Positions 31,911-45,900 of a DNA stretch of 64,000 nt are shown here, piece after piece; position 1 is the stretch's first letter, and each line of letters starts with the position of its first letter. The stretch lies in assembly GCF_009914755.1 (NCBI RefSeq), contig NC_060931.1, one strand, 5' to 3'. The position numbers and the translations under genes were made by a program. The notes beneath the pieces were generated by a model. The model ran no database searches. It was not told the origin of the DNA and worked only from the letters and a program-made list of their open reading frames with translations. Source of the stretch: the human T2T-CHM13v2.0 reference genome, Homo sapiens.

Positions 31911-34098
31911 CTTCACTGTCTGACATGGCATGTTGGAAGTCATCCATGATGAATGCTATGTCACGGTCATAGCCTCGAGTCCGTGATTCTTCCCTCATGT
32001 GTTGCTGAACTTCAGGCAATGAGTGGCTTGATCCAAACTGATCCCTGGTGTCTGCAGATATTGGTGGCAGGGGTCCAGCTGCAGCCCTGGCCATTCCCAT
32101 TGGCTGGCCAACAGGACTGAGTGGGCTTTCTTCTTCAGAATTCTGGGCCACAATTGGTATTCTTCCTCTACTTTGACTAATTGGCAAACTGGTCGGCTTA
32201 GTTCTGGCAGAGGATGATGCATGACTAAAGGAAACATCTAGAGCTTCAGCCTCTTGAGCTTTCAGTCTTAGGGAAGAGCTAGAAGAATCCCTTTTAATTG
32301 ATAAATCAAGCCCATAGACAGAGGAAGGTCTGGAGGAAGGTCTGGACCTGCTGCCACTACTGTATGGCTTATCCGCTTCATCCTGCAGAGCTGAGCGTAT
32401 GGTATTTCCTAATGTGCCCAGTCCTGTGCCAAGAGAAGATCCCATAAATTTTTGTTGGTCTGTAATATTTTTTCTGAGGCCAAAAGTGATGTCATCTTGA
32501 AGGAGCCTTGCCCTGGAGGAAATGCCACCAATAGATGAAGTGCTAGAAGTCATATAGCTTGAATAATCAGGTTCAAGGTCTCTACTTTCTTGAATAGGTG
32601 AAAATTTTGACATTTTAGGGTCAATTAGTGATTTCTTATGCTTTGACTGCTTTTGATAAAGTATGGCTGCTGGCAGTTGTTTTGCTGCTTGTTTTTCAAG
32701 TGTGAGTCTACTGATGCTATACTTCTCAGATTTTGGAAAATGTCTGTAGCTAGTATCAGCATGGTAATAATGAGAAAGACCAGCAAGGTGATCTAAGCTC
32801 TCTGTCCCTCTACGAAATTCCTGTTTAATCTGATGTTTCAGAAGCTTTAACTCGTAAGGATCCTCCATTGGGTCTTCCTCCGCCTTCACATAACTATGCA
32901 ATCTAGAGGAAGACTGTAAAGGTGCTAGGAAATCTGTCACTTCTTGAGACCGGCGTGTCTCAGTGGTTCGAAGGAGACGGTCTGTTTTTGACAGATCCTT
33001 TTCATGAAGGCTAAATGCGGTGCTTAATGCCGCTGTTCCTTTGGTGATCTCTCCAATGTCGTCAATTAGGACATAATTTCGTGGAGTATGGTGATCAATA
33101 TCTGCATAGAAAGAATCTGCAGATATGCTTGATATTGGACTGCTTGCCATGCTACTTCTTTCCTCCAAACCTATTCTCAAGTCTAAACTATTGTACTTAC
33201 TACCAAGATGGGAAACAGCAAATGTGTTATCCGTAGAAACAGGTGCTATCATAAGGGGTTGGTTGCGAATCACTTCATAGTTTGAGGTTATCTTGGGCTC
33301 CAAATATAATGTAGTTTGCCGTGGCTTCTGTTGTATCACCATCATCTGTGAAGGTAACTGATAAGAAGGCTGTGGGGTTGGTGTAGGTTGAACTTGAGGT
33401 GTGAAGGACATTGTTGCCACAGCTTGGAATGTTGGCTGAGTCTGATAAGGTGAAACTTGCTGATGGTACAAAGTTTGTTGCTCAAAATGAGACTGTTGAG
33501 TGTATGAGGTGGGTGCTTGGGTAGGAAGAGCAGGGGAAGAGTACTGGTATTGTGTGTAAGGACTTGTCGGAGGAACTAGTTGAGATTCTGTTTGGGTTTG
33601 TGGTGGTATAAACTGGCTGAATTCAGTTTGGGGAGCAGTTCTTGGTCGCTCAATGCCATGCTGACTTTCTATTCGGGTTGGTCTTGTGCTACTCACTTCA
33701 CTGTCAGACATGTAATCACGATCCTCAGCTACTCCCTGGAGGTAGGCTCGTTCTCTCTTTTCTCTCTCCTTTAATAGGGCCTCTTTCCTCCTGTTAATTC
33801 CCATTTCCAGGTATCGTAGCTTAGCATCAATCTCCTTTTCTTCTTCATCAAGCTCTGCTTGTTTCTTTCGAAGTTTTGCAGACTCCCTTTCCACAAGATC
33901 AAGCTCTCTGTCTATGTCCTGGAGAATCTTGGCTCGTGCCATTGTGTTGGTTCTGCAGATCCTTCTCCTGGAAACTGTGCCCATTGTGCTGAATGTGGAT
34001 TGAGTTCCTGTGGAAATCTCCTCAGGAGGTGGATTTGGCAGAGTTCTTTTAACTTTTTTCTGGGCTCCAGAGGATGTCATGGTTTGAGAACCTTTAGT
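31911..34098 (-). CDS. PCLO: PCLO large internal coding exon (2188 bp; probably exon 7): coiled-coil (CC3-type) followed by Gln/Pro/Ser-rich segments
   Basis: The 787-aa ORF matches piccolo ([14 protein letters not shown]...[48 protein letters not shown]...QHAMSDSE). Minus-strand acceptor ttgattatag|ACTAAAGGT at 34098, donor AGTGAAG|gtaaat at 31911; phase 1 joins the next exon as G+CC = Ala. Confidence 0.97.
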
Positions 34099-36370
34099 CT
34101 ATAATCAAGTAAACAAAATATAGTACTTTAGTATAAAGAAAAATAAAAACCAAATCTACTTCCATGAATTATATTTAATAAAAATGATTTCATGTATGAT
34201 TTTGCTATCGCAGCATGATAAAATAAAATATATGCATATAATTTCAAGTATTGGTCACAAATACAATTAACTGAAAAATAATTTTTTAAATAAATTGGCT
34301 AATTATAACTCCTACATTAGCAGTTATAAAAACTTATTTTCAAGCTAAATTAATATACATAAGATTATTTACTGAATCTATTTCCAGAGTGTTTTATTAA
34401 CCATCTAAAATTTAAATTACATTTGTTGGAGATGTTCATTCACCAAGTTAATGCGCCTATCTTCTCATTCCGACTTTTGCCCCCTGGAGTGGCTGTCATT
34501 CCCATTTTTTAAATTACATCTTCAAATTATCTAATGTCTTTTTTTTCTAAAAAAGGAATAATCTGGACTAATTTTCTATTTAATATTTCAAGATTTTCAT
34601 GACTATTTGGTTTTCTTTGACTTTATTATCCTGCAGTATAGTTTCTTTTTAATGCTCTAGTAACTTCCATATGAAGCAAAAAGAACTGACCAATAAAACT
34701 CCATTGGAACCTTTTAAAAAATCAGATAAAAGTATAAAGTTGGTGAGTTTTCAGATATTTTTCATTTCATTTGGTTAATTTGTCATAAACTTGCTTTCTA
34801 AGAATTGAAGGTCTTGAGAATCATACAATTTTAGGATATCAAAAGACATGAGAGATTACTTTGAGCACTTACAGTTAAAATAAACTGATGTACTTCAATT
34901 TACCTAAGTATTCAGTGGCACATTTACAACTAGATCTCAGGTCTTCTGCTTTCCAGTTGCATAATCTTTACAAGATGCTTCCTTTTCTTTTCTTTCTATT
35001 ATAATCCAAATACATTAATTCTCCAATTTTCCCCAGTCACCAAATATTGAGAGTAGAAAATAGAAAAAATAAGAGTCTATAAATATTGTACCTGAAAATT
35101 GTGCCTTATTAATTAGATCACATTTTTCCAAGACTCTGTACTTTCATTGCCTTTTTATTATTTCCAAATTAATTTCCTTAATAATTTTTATTTGTTTTCT
35201 GTTATCATATTTCTGCTCCCTTCATGTAACCCTACTAGTTGTTCCCTTAATAGACATCATAATATGAAACAAAATCCTAAAGGTTTATTGAAGTTTATAT
35301 GTTTCTAAGACTTAAAATATTTGGATGGAAATGAATAAATGTTATGAATCTTTGAAATAAGGTAAAGTGACTTTGTAGCGGTAGTTTGTTTTTCCTCATA
35401 GAGCAATCCCAATGTATATGGAGTATTGAAGTCCCCAAGGCAGCTGTTTGACATGTCATTTATTTCTTCCTACTCATTCTCAATTCTTTTCATTTTATAA
35501 AATACTCACAATTAATCACAGAATTGTTATAAAAATCAAGTGAGACAAATATGTAAAATACTTACTACACAACACATTACAGGCACCCATTAAATATCAA
35601 TTCCTTTAAAAATCTCTATATTTCTATAGAAAACTATGGTTTCTTGATTAACCCACATTCTAGATCTTTACATATTCTTTCACTTGTAAAAAAGTACACA
35701 TGTAACATGTTGAATATCAATGGGCCATAATTAAATGGTAGTAAAATAAAAATTAAGATCCTACAATAATTTTCTTGATACTAAAAATATTAACATAGAT
35801 ATGTCATGTTTTTTGAAAAGTTGTTCCACAAAAACATCTTCAGTCCTCTGATTATAACGTTGTTCAACAGGAGGCTGAAAACTACATACTATTTGTTTTT
35901 TCTTAACATGTATGTGGTAGATCTGGCATATGCATAAGCATTTGAAAATTTAAAATGTTTACCTATTCTACATGATTATGATTATGAAATGGTTTGACAA
36001 AAGGGTGTTTAATTGTGTTACTCACGACCGTGATGCCTAACAAAGATGTAATAAAAAGAGGAGAATATGAAATGAAAAATATGACCAATATTTTATTCTA
36101 ATGTTTGGTCACTACCGGAAATTTTAAATATAACCACTGATAACATTTTCATAGTCCAAAGAACTTAATAATGGTTGAAAATTCAAGTCTCTAAGATGCC
36201 CAGCTTAGAAGCTATATTTGAACTTGGAAGTCACTTCTTTTCAAAATGCACATTACAAATAGTTATATATTGTACATATGTGTAAGGTAGGCTTGCACTT
36301 CTTGTGTTTAGGTGAGAAAAAAGAGAGCAAATACTGACCAATCACTATACTTGTCATATGCTCTTATGTA

Positions 36371-36480
36371 TTGATGGGTGCCGCAAACCACCATGGCACG
36401 TGTATACCTAAGTAACAAACCTGCACATTCTGCACATGTATCCCAGAACTTAAAGTATAATTTTTAAAAAAGAGAAAAAA
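36371..36480 (+). mobile_element. Very short L1PA 3' end
   Basis: ttgatgggtgccgcaaaccaccatggcac...cccagaacttaaagtataa plus A-rich tail. Confidence 0.9.
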
Positions 36481-37320
36481 TATAGATCATGTCAGGAAAG
36501 TTCTAGTGGGAATGAAAATGGAGGAGTACTTGACTATTGAAGAGGCTATAACCCAAAAGCCTGCAGGAGCCAGAAGGTAATGGAGTGAATGTGTTGACCT
36601 GAGAATTTAAGTTCCATCTGTCAAGGCTGGCTCCAGAATATTGCTGCCATGAAGAAATAGAGACCCAGTGTGGTGAGATCTGTTTCATTCAAGAAAATCC
36701 ATATTTTAAAATTTTGGTCTCTATTTTAAATGGTTTTAAAACATAGTTCAGCTCAAAGAAACCAAGCCTTTAACTGCATTGACAGGTTGAAATAAATCTC
36801 TGTTCCAAACCTAAAGAAGATTGGATGCCCACTGAGAAACCATTAGAGGGTCAAACAGCATTAACGGCTAGTTGAGAGAAAGCAACAGATTTTAAACAAT
36901 GAAGGAGGATGTGGGAAGAATACAAGAGCCCTAAAGAAAAACTTCAGTCCTTTATTAGCGTTTTCTGCCATCTTTTGGTTAAATTGTAAATATGATCATC
37001 CATGAATTTTCCTCCACAGCATAAATTTTCTTTTAGATTTTCCCTAAAATACATAACTATTCAATTCACTTAGACAGATATTTATTAAATGTCTCCTCTC
37101 TTCAAAGCACTTTGCTAGGCACACTTATACAAAGAGGATCTGAACTATAGAACCATTAGAACCCCACAGATTTAAATTTAAGCATGTGTGTGAGGGGTGT
37201 GTACTATGTTTTAGGACTGGTTAGTATCACTTAAGAGGACAGACAGAAATACAATAAAGAATTTGAAGTAATGTCTTACCAACTTATAATTCAAAAAGAA
37301 CTGACTCTGACAAAGACAAT

Positions 37321-37389
37321 AAAAACTTCTCAACTAAGTATTTAATTCTAATTTAAAAAAACCTCTCAACTAGGTATTTAATTCTAATT
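37321..37389. repeat. Two-copy 36-bp tandem duplication
   Basis: ctcaacta(a/g)gtatttaattctaatt repeated at a 36-nt offset. Confidence 0.85.
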
Positions 37390-38365
37390 AAATCAATATA
37401 ACATAAAATAAGAGTTCAGAACTCCAAATACAGAGATAAAAGCAATACAATATAATTTATTTTAAAAAGATCAAAATTGCATAAAGAAAGTTTATTATGA
37501 TTAAAGATGATGTAGCTGGAAGCCATGACTAAAGATGGCAAGACAGTCTAGAAAAAAACTTGTTGTTTACTATGGTTTTCTGTGTTGACCAGCTCTTAAA
37601 AGTTGTTTTCAGATAGACCTGGTGCCTTTAATCTAGAAAAAAAAATTGTACTAAATATACTGGATATATAAATTTAAAGTATTTTAAAATACCTGTGAAA
37701 ATAGACAAAGAGAAGGGAATAAAAAGCCCTAATAATAGAATAAAGGTTTAAGAAAGACTGGAAAAAAATCACTAACTGCAAATTGCAACATCAATGAGGT
37801 AATCAAGCTAACAAACAAATAACCTTCAGGATAAGGTTTGCTGTCCAAAGTAATTTTAAAGAACATTTTCCTTAGGAAAGTTAATTTATATAATGCAATT
37901 TATACCATTTCTATATGGCAAAGGAAATTTTGCTTGTTTTGGAGTGTTAGGAATATTAATGAAAATAATAAGTAAAGCACATAGCCACACTATCCTAAGT
38001 GACTTAAATATATGTATGTGCATTAATTCATTGTCAGAATTCTCTGAGCTCAACATGAGGATGAGAAAAGAAAGATCTGTAGTTTTTTCAAATATTGAAA
38101 AACTAAAAATACACAGGGGCTATTGTTTAAAGTCCTAGATGCTAGACCAAAATTATTCATCCAGTATTATATATAATAAATATGAAAACATTCAATTTAT
38201 TGATGTATTCAAAGAGTTGTTAAGTATAATTCTAAAATGCATGGCTCTAGATGCTAAAGACATAGATACAAGAGACACTAGATGGAAGAAATCTACACTT
38301 TGCCCACAAATAACTAATAAATTATGAATATTTTTGGGAAATTATTGTTTGAAGAAACTACCTCA

Positions 38366-39984
38366 CCATACTGCCCAAAGCAATGTATAGATTCAATGGT
38401 ATTTCTATCAAACTACCAACAACATTTTTCACAGAATTATAAAAAAACTATTCTAAAATTCATATGGAACCAAAAAATAGCTCAAACAGCTAAAGCAATC
38501 CTAAGCAAAAACAAACAAACAAACAAACAAACAAAAACAAAGCTAGGGGCATTATACTATCCAACTTTATACTACAAGGTTATAGTAAACAAAACAGCAT
38601 GAAATGGGTACAAAAACAGACACATACAACAATGGAACAGAATATAGAACCCAGAAATAAAGTTGCACACCTACAGCCATCTGATCTTCAACAAAGTTGA
38701 CAATAACTGGCAAAGGAGAAGTGACTCCTTATTCAACAAATGGTGCTAGGAAAACTGGTTAGCCACATGCCAAAGATTGAAACTGGACCCTTTCCTTATA
38801 CCATATACAGAAATCAATTCAAGATGGAGTGAAAACTTAAATATAAAACCTAAAACTATAAAAACCCTAGAAGAAAACGTAGGAAATGCAATTCTGAACA
38901 TAAGACTTGGCAAAGATTTCATGATGAAGACTCTGAAAGCAATTGCAGTTAAGAACAAAAGTGGACAAGTGGGACCTAACTAAAGAGCTTCTGCACAGCA
39001 AAAAAACTATCAACAGAGTGACAGAAAATCTATAAAACTGGAGAAAATACCTGCACATTATACATCTGACACAGGTCTATTATCCAGAACCTATAAGGCA
39101 CTTAACAAAAAAAAACACACAATCTTATTAAAAAAATGGTCAAAGGGCATAAGTAGACATTTCTCAAAAGACATTCACATAGCTAACAAGCATATGAAAA
39201 AATGCTCAACATCAGTAATCATTAGGGGAATGCAAATCAAAACCACAATGAGATACCATCCTACACCAGTCAGAATGGCTATTATTAAAAAGTAAACAAA
39301 ACAAAACAAAACAGATGTTGACTAGGTTGTGGAGTAAAAGGAATGCTTAAACACTCCTGGTGGAAGTGTAAATTAGTTCAGCCACTGTGGAAAGCAGTTT
39401 GGAGGTTTCTCAAAGAACTTAAAAAAAACCCTACCATTTGACCCAGCAAAGGAATTGCTGGGTGTATACTCAAAGGAATATATATCGATCTACCATAAAG
39501 ACTCATGCATGTGTATATTCATCACAGCACTATTCACGACAGCAAAGACATAGAACCAAGCCAGATGTCCATCAATGGTAGACTAGATAAAGAAAATGTG
39601 GTACATATATACCATGAAATACTATGCAGCCATAAAAATGAATGAAATCATGTCCTTTGTGACAACATGAATGGAGCTGAAGGCCATTATCCTAAGTGAA
39701 TTAATACAGGAACAGAAAACCAAATACCACATGTTGTCACCTATAAGTGGGATCTAAACATTGAGTACACATGGATACAAAGAAGGGAACAATAGACACT
39801 GGGGTCTGAGGGTGGAGAGTGGGAGAAGAGTGGTGATCGAAAAACTAGCTATCAGGTACTATGCTCGTTACCTGGGTGAAGAAATAATCTGTAGTCCAAA
39901 CCCTGTGACATGCAATTTACCTATGTAACAAACCTGCACATGTACCCTCTGAACCTAAAATAGAAGTTGGAAAGAAAAAAAACG
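38366..39984 (+). mobile_element. 5'-truncated older L1PA (PA13-16-like)
   Basis: Degenerate ORF2 C-terminus and 3'UTR; exact 10-bp TSD aactacctca at 38356-38365 and 39985-39994. Confidence 0.92.
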
Positions 39985-41069
39985 AACTACCTCATCTTTT
40001 GCTAAATAGTTCTCAGTGTCAATATCAAAGATATACTTCTAAACCATTCTGAAACCATCATACTGCTAGAGAGACATAGCAACATATATTTCATTTTATA
40101 AGTATAGAAAGCCATACCTACTGTCAGAAATAAATGTTCATCATAATAATATCTTGGATTTTTAGGTTTGTTCTCTCAACTAAGCAGGAAATATTTGTAT
40201 GCAGGCCCTTTATTTAGGTGGTAGAGATGTGGATTCTTTTTCAAACAGCATAATTTCACAAAAAATTATCTGTAAACAAGATATTTTGATACATACTCCT
40301 TAAGAGGTTTTCCATTTAACATGACATAAGGTGAGTTAGACGAGTATATAATTATGTATATGTATTGGGAACTGGATAAGAGAGAATGATTGATTAAGAT
40401 ATAACAGGAAGCCTGGTTCTTAAAGAATGGATGGTATTTAAACAGGAGAATGCATTCTAAGTGCAGGGAAAATAAGAAACTTAATTTTTTGAAAAATATG
40501 AAGGATAATCTGGTTTCATTTTGGGCTAGTGATGCCTTAATTCCTGTGAGATGGAAACACATCCAGAGAATGCTCTATGCCAACAGAGAGGGGAAAAATG
40601 CAAGAGCAAATACAGAAAAAAAAAGTTCAAAAGCAAACTACATATTAAAATCTTTATTCATTTTCTTCTTTAACTGATGGAACAAGCAGCAGTGGTTATT
40701 ACATACCAGTCAAATTAACTCCAATACCATGTGAAATCCCAGGGCAAACCTTCAAACTGTAAATGTGCAATCACTGACAATGATTTCTAATGCAGTATGT
40801 TAGGTAGCAATCAGTGTGGCTCTGTCAAAGAGAAAATTGTGACAGCTCAATTTAATTTTCTTTAATTACAATGTTGCACTCCATGTAGATAACATAGAAG
40901 AAATAGATATATTCTAGCAGTGCTTGAGCAGAACATTTAATGTTTTCCTATGACAGCCAGCAACATAGTTTTGGCCATAAGGATGGAAAGTAGTAATAAA
41001 ATTTGTCAGGGATTCATGTACCAACCATGGCTATTTATGGTCCAGCATCAATATAGGTAATAAATAAAT

Positions 41070-41248
41070 CTTTCTCATACTTGACAGTAATGGCATTTTG
41101 GACCAGATGATTCTATATTGTTAGATGTTTAGTTGCATCTCTGGCTTGTACCCACTAGATACCATCAGTATACCATGTCAATCAAAAACGTCACCATGCA
41201 TTGGCAAATGTCTCCTGGAAGGAAAAACAGACCTTGCTGAAAGACACT
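41070..41248. mobile_element. MER20-like hAT DNA transposon
   Basis: cattttggaccagatgattct...cccactagatacca...cattggcaaatgtctcctgg resembles MER20. Confidence 0.7.
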
Positions 41249-42937
41249 CATGCACGTGATATACTAAATAATGTCCTCAGGCAGAAAATCCTGATTGATT
41301 GTTAATTAATATATTTATTGATGATGAGAATCCTACTATTTGTTTATCATAGTGCCTTACTCTGAATGCGAAAAGGCTGACTTCCTAGAGTAACTAGAAA
41401 TTAAATAGTGCCTTGAAAAGAGAACCGGAGGGAATAAAGGGTAAACAAAAAAGATACATTCTAGGTTATGGTAATGACAGGAGAAAATTAATAAGGATAG
41501 GAATGTACCTGATTATCTTGCCTTGTTATAAATTCTTAGGACCCTAAAATTAATCCCCTTTATTGTATAGAAAAATTCTTAACTATTAAATTATCAAAAA
41601 CTAATATTCAAAAGGTATTCAACTAGCTATTTTAATAATACAGTTTTATTAGAACACAGGAAGAAAAAGACAAGGTGCCTACAATTACAACAATGAGCAT
41701 ACTCAGTGAAGAAGATGAATCCTTCTAGCTTAACCCTATAAAAATCTTGAAAAATTGTCCACAACTGCAATAATTATGGAAAAGTTTGAGTGTAAGGAAC
41801 TGCCAGTCTGACTGAAAAATTATGTAAGTCCTAGTATGTTGTTAAAATTGTCTGTTACTCTAAGTTTATAAGAAGGATCAATGATGTAATTAAAAAGAGA
41901 TTAAAACTTTAAAAAAGAAAGTAATTATTTAGTTTGAGAAATTAAATACCAGAATCACTAAAGGAGATCAGGTGCATAGCTAAGCTTAATTTTAAAATTC
42001 AAGAAACTCCTACTATCTTAAAAATAACTTAAGAAAAAAAGGAATTAGAACAAAAAAATTTGATAGCTTAAAAAAAGTTAAAAAATAGATGGAAACATTT
42101 TTAATGCACAACAGACATTTACATACTGTTCACTGTACTAAATACTGAGATTAAAATGATGAATAAGACACAGTCTCCTCCCTCTAACTGTACAAGAAAT
42201 TAAAGAGAACTTGAGAATGGAAATTGCTCTTAGGGTCATTTGTCCCATTTTATTTCAACTATCTTCATCCAGGAACTGCACTGACTTTGAATACAAGAAT
42301 AAGCCTTTTCTTTGCCTTGGTAAGAAGAGTAATACTTATACATACTATACTCCTCTCTGACTTTATTTTCTTCCGCTCTGCTCCTGGCCATTCATTCTTT
42401 TTAGGGTGTAAAAATCATCTAAAAAGAGCTATTTATGCCTCTTAAGCATTGGGAAGGGAAGTGAAATATGCAGGGTATTTTTTTTTCTCTCCAAACAAGA
42501 GGTCTTTAAAATATATAAATATAGTGCAGTAAAGGAATTAACATATTCCTTTGATTTTAGGAATTTAGGTTGGGAGAGGATGATGAAGCTGTAAGGCAGG
42601 CATAAGGCTACAAATTAGGAAACATCCCTTTACACATCCTTCCCTTTAAATAGACTGGAAGCAGAGTTTCACTCTATGAAATGTCAATGAAAACAGCAAT
42701 ACACCTTCTAGGGGTCCCCACCTGCACTCCAACAGCTGTAGCTTCCTGTTTTTAGATAAAATCACAGTTAAATATAGAAATATTCAGCAGTCTATCTTAC
42801 ACACAATACCATTAGTAATGTGTTGCCAAAATAGACCCATTATTAAGCACCATCCCTCTATCCTCTGCTTCTACCCTCTTTGGCTCTTTGGAGATAAAAC
42901 ATACATGTTTAGTGCAAAAGCTCAAGAATTTTTGTTG

Positions 42938-43341
<404 letters not shown>

Positions 43342-45671
43342 TGAATAAAATGTTTAAAATCCATTAGCATTGCAATAGGGCACAGTGTTTTGCATGTAGA
43401 AAACAAGACCATCAAATTCTTCAATTAGAGTATTGTGAAATAGTTTAATAATTGTTTCTATGAATTAAGGCAATATATAAGTAGCAGTATCATCACTATG
43501 GGTCTATGTTTGAGGTATTAAAAATTATAGACATCTTTATTCATAAACAGTCTTGAATCTCTACTGCCATGAAACAATATACCATTTGTGAAAATAATTG
43601 AAAAATTTTTTAAAGGTAGTTTTTCTCTAATTTTAAGATTCCAGTGGCAAAAAATGTGAGAAACTAAATTATAGGACCCTATTAATAATAGAATAAAAAC
43701 AAAATAGAACATATTTAAAAGTCGTACATGTATAAGTTATTTATCAAAGTCTAGTAATACATAAAAAAATTCTCTAATTGATACTGTGAAAACAGCACTC
43801 AGTGTTTTATCAGACATCTCTAAGCTTTTCCTTAATGCGCCTCTTGTCCCAGTTTGTTTTGTTTTCTTGCTTAAAGTCATTGCTCTTGGGCTGAGCAGTC
43901 AAGCAGAAAACTAGTTTCTACCTCACTGGACAGAAGCATTAGAGATGCCAGTCTGTGTGACACTTATTGCATTATATTTTCTGGAAAGTCCCAAAGAGAT
44001 TAATTTCTTTTCTTTCCTAAAATCTGTATAAAATATTTTGGAAGGCCCTTTCAAAAGTTTTTTTAAGGTGAGCATTTTTTGATATGTGAATGTATGTGTA
44101 CATTTTTCTCCCTCCCTCTTTCCATCCTTCCCTCCCTTCCTTTTGCTTCCTTCCTTTGTATGAAATCAGACGGCTATACTACAACAAAGGGAACAAAATA
44201 TATCCTGTTCATATGGTTCCTGAATATAGTTCTGTTTAACAGACAAAATATTTAGGTTTCTTTTTTCCTTTCTTTTTTCCTGTCTGTCAACCACTTTATT
44301 CAACTATCACACATATAAAGAGTTCAAGAGGAGCATTCACACTCTAACAAGAGACTGCTTTAGAAAAAGATGAATTCTTTCGGATACTCATTTTTGTCAA
44401 ATGGCAGATCCAGCACCATAAGAAAATTAGGACCAATTGTACACTGCCTTTGGGGTTTTCATCTATAACTTTTAATATTTATATAACTAGCGTAGGTTTA
44501 AAGTACTTTTCACACATACGATCCTTGGCTATTTCGCTTTCATGAGATAACCACTATTTTTTTAAATCAATTTGTTAATTATCATTCTATGTGTAAATCA
44601 GAGGTTCTTACTCTTTCCTAGAACAATCCATGTATGCATTCGTGTTTTTGAATTTTCAGTCTGGAGCCTTGTCATTTCAAAACTGGAAAATGACAATAGC
44701 TTTCTAGAGAGTGCCCTTACACTTGGCTATCTCTGTGAGACCACAATCAGCATATCGATCCTTTTTCTTTTTCTCCAGGTTTCTTTACTGATGATTATAC
44801 GGCATCCAAATGGTTTTGCCAGGATTTCAAGGATCGGGTGAAAGCTCACCAAAACCCATCTTGTTTATTCTTTCTTCTCATCATGGTCTTTTAAATCTCA
44901 CTTTAGTAAAATTCCTCATAATCTCACTGCTTATTCATTCTTGCACTGTATCTTTATACACATCAATTAATATTTGTTTACTAGGCACTTATATTGCATT
45001 CCCTACATAAATATATATTTTCAACATATTCAGTTGTAAGCATTTTATACCTGCTTTCAAGTGCATACTATAATTTTAGCTAGGATATATAGACCAAGGT
45101 TCAAAGCAATGCCATAGTTCATTTGCTGTTAGCTTCAGAAAATGGGAGGGGTGATCTGAATTTACTGTTCAGCTGTAAAAATCATTAATTAAATTTGAGT
45201 CTAATTTAACTAAAATTTATTTATTCATTTATCTATGTGTGTAAAAGCAGTCCTCACATGCATGGGCTAATTATTTCAGTTAGCATAATACTATTTCTTT
45301 GTGGGTGAGTAGAGAAAAGCCATGCTAACCAATTTAAAAACATATACAATTTATAATTTAGAATCGCATTATTGAATAATATAGACAGGTTTCTAATTGT
45401 TCTTTTAACTGATGTCCCATAATATTGTGATTAGCATAGACTAGGCATTCAAGTGTTTGCTATATGTACTTGAAGCAAATGTTTAAACAAAAGAATAATG
45501 TCCTTGCAACTAAAGCCACTACTACATTACTAAAAGGGTTAATGTAATAAATGATATGAATTATATTTTTGTCAGTGATTTAGGTCAATTTGTAGATAAT
45601 CTTTATTTATATAACAGTGTCCATTCACTTCAAGTTTATAAAGTACTAGCAAAACTACACAGGTCTGTTAA

Positions 45672-45900
45672 GAGTGCAGTGGCATGACCTCCACCTCACA
45701 GGTTCAAGTGATTCTCCTGCCTTAGCCTCCCGAGTAGCTGGGATTACAGGCACCTGCTACCACGCTCGGCTAATTTTTTTTGTATTTTTAGTAGAGACAG
45801 GGTTTCACCATGTTGGTCTCGAACTCCTGACCTCAGGTAATCCACCCGCCTCGGCCTCCCAAAATGCTGGGATTGCAGGCATGAGCCACCGCGCCTGGCC
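45672..45900 (-). mobile_element. Partial Alu (AluS-type) lacking tail, with internal deletions
   Basis: gagtgcagtggc...gagccaccgcgcctggcc. Confidence 0.92.

Noticed and set aside
31717-34080. 787-aa ORF as a complete single-exon gene starting at Met 34080
   Set aside because: A canonical acceptor lies 18 nt upstream and the peptide is internal to piccolo.
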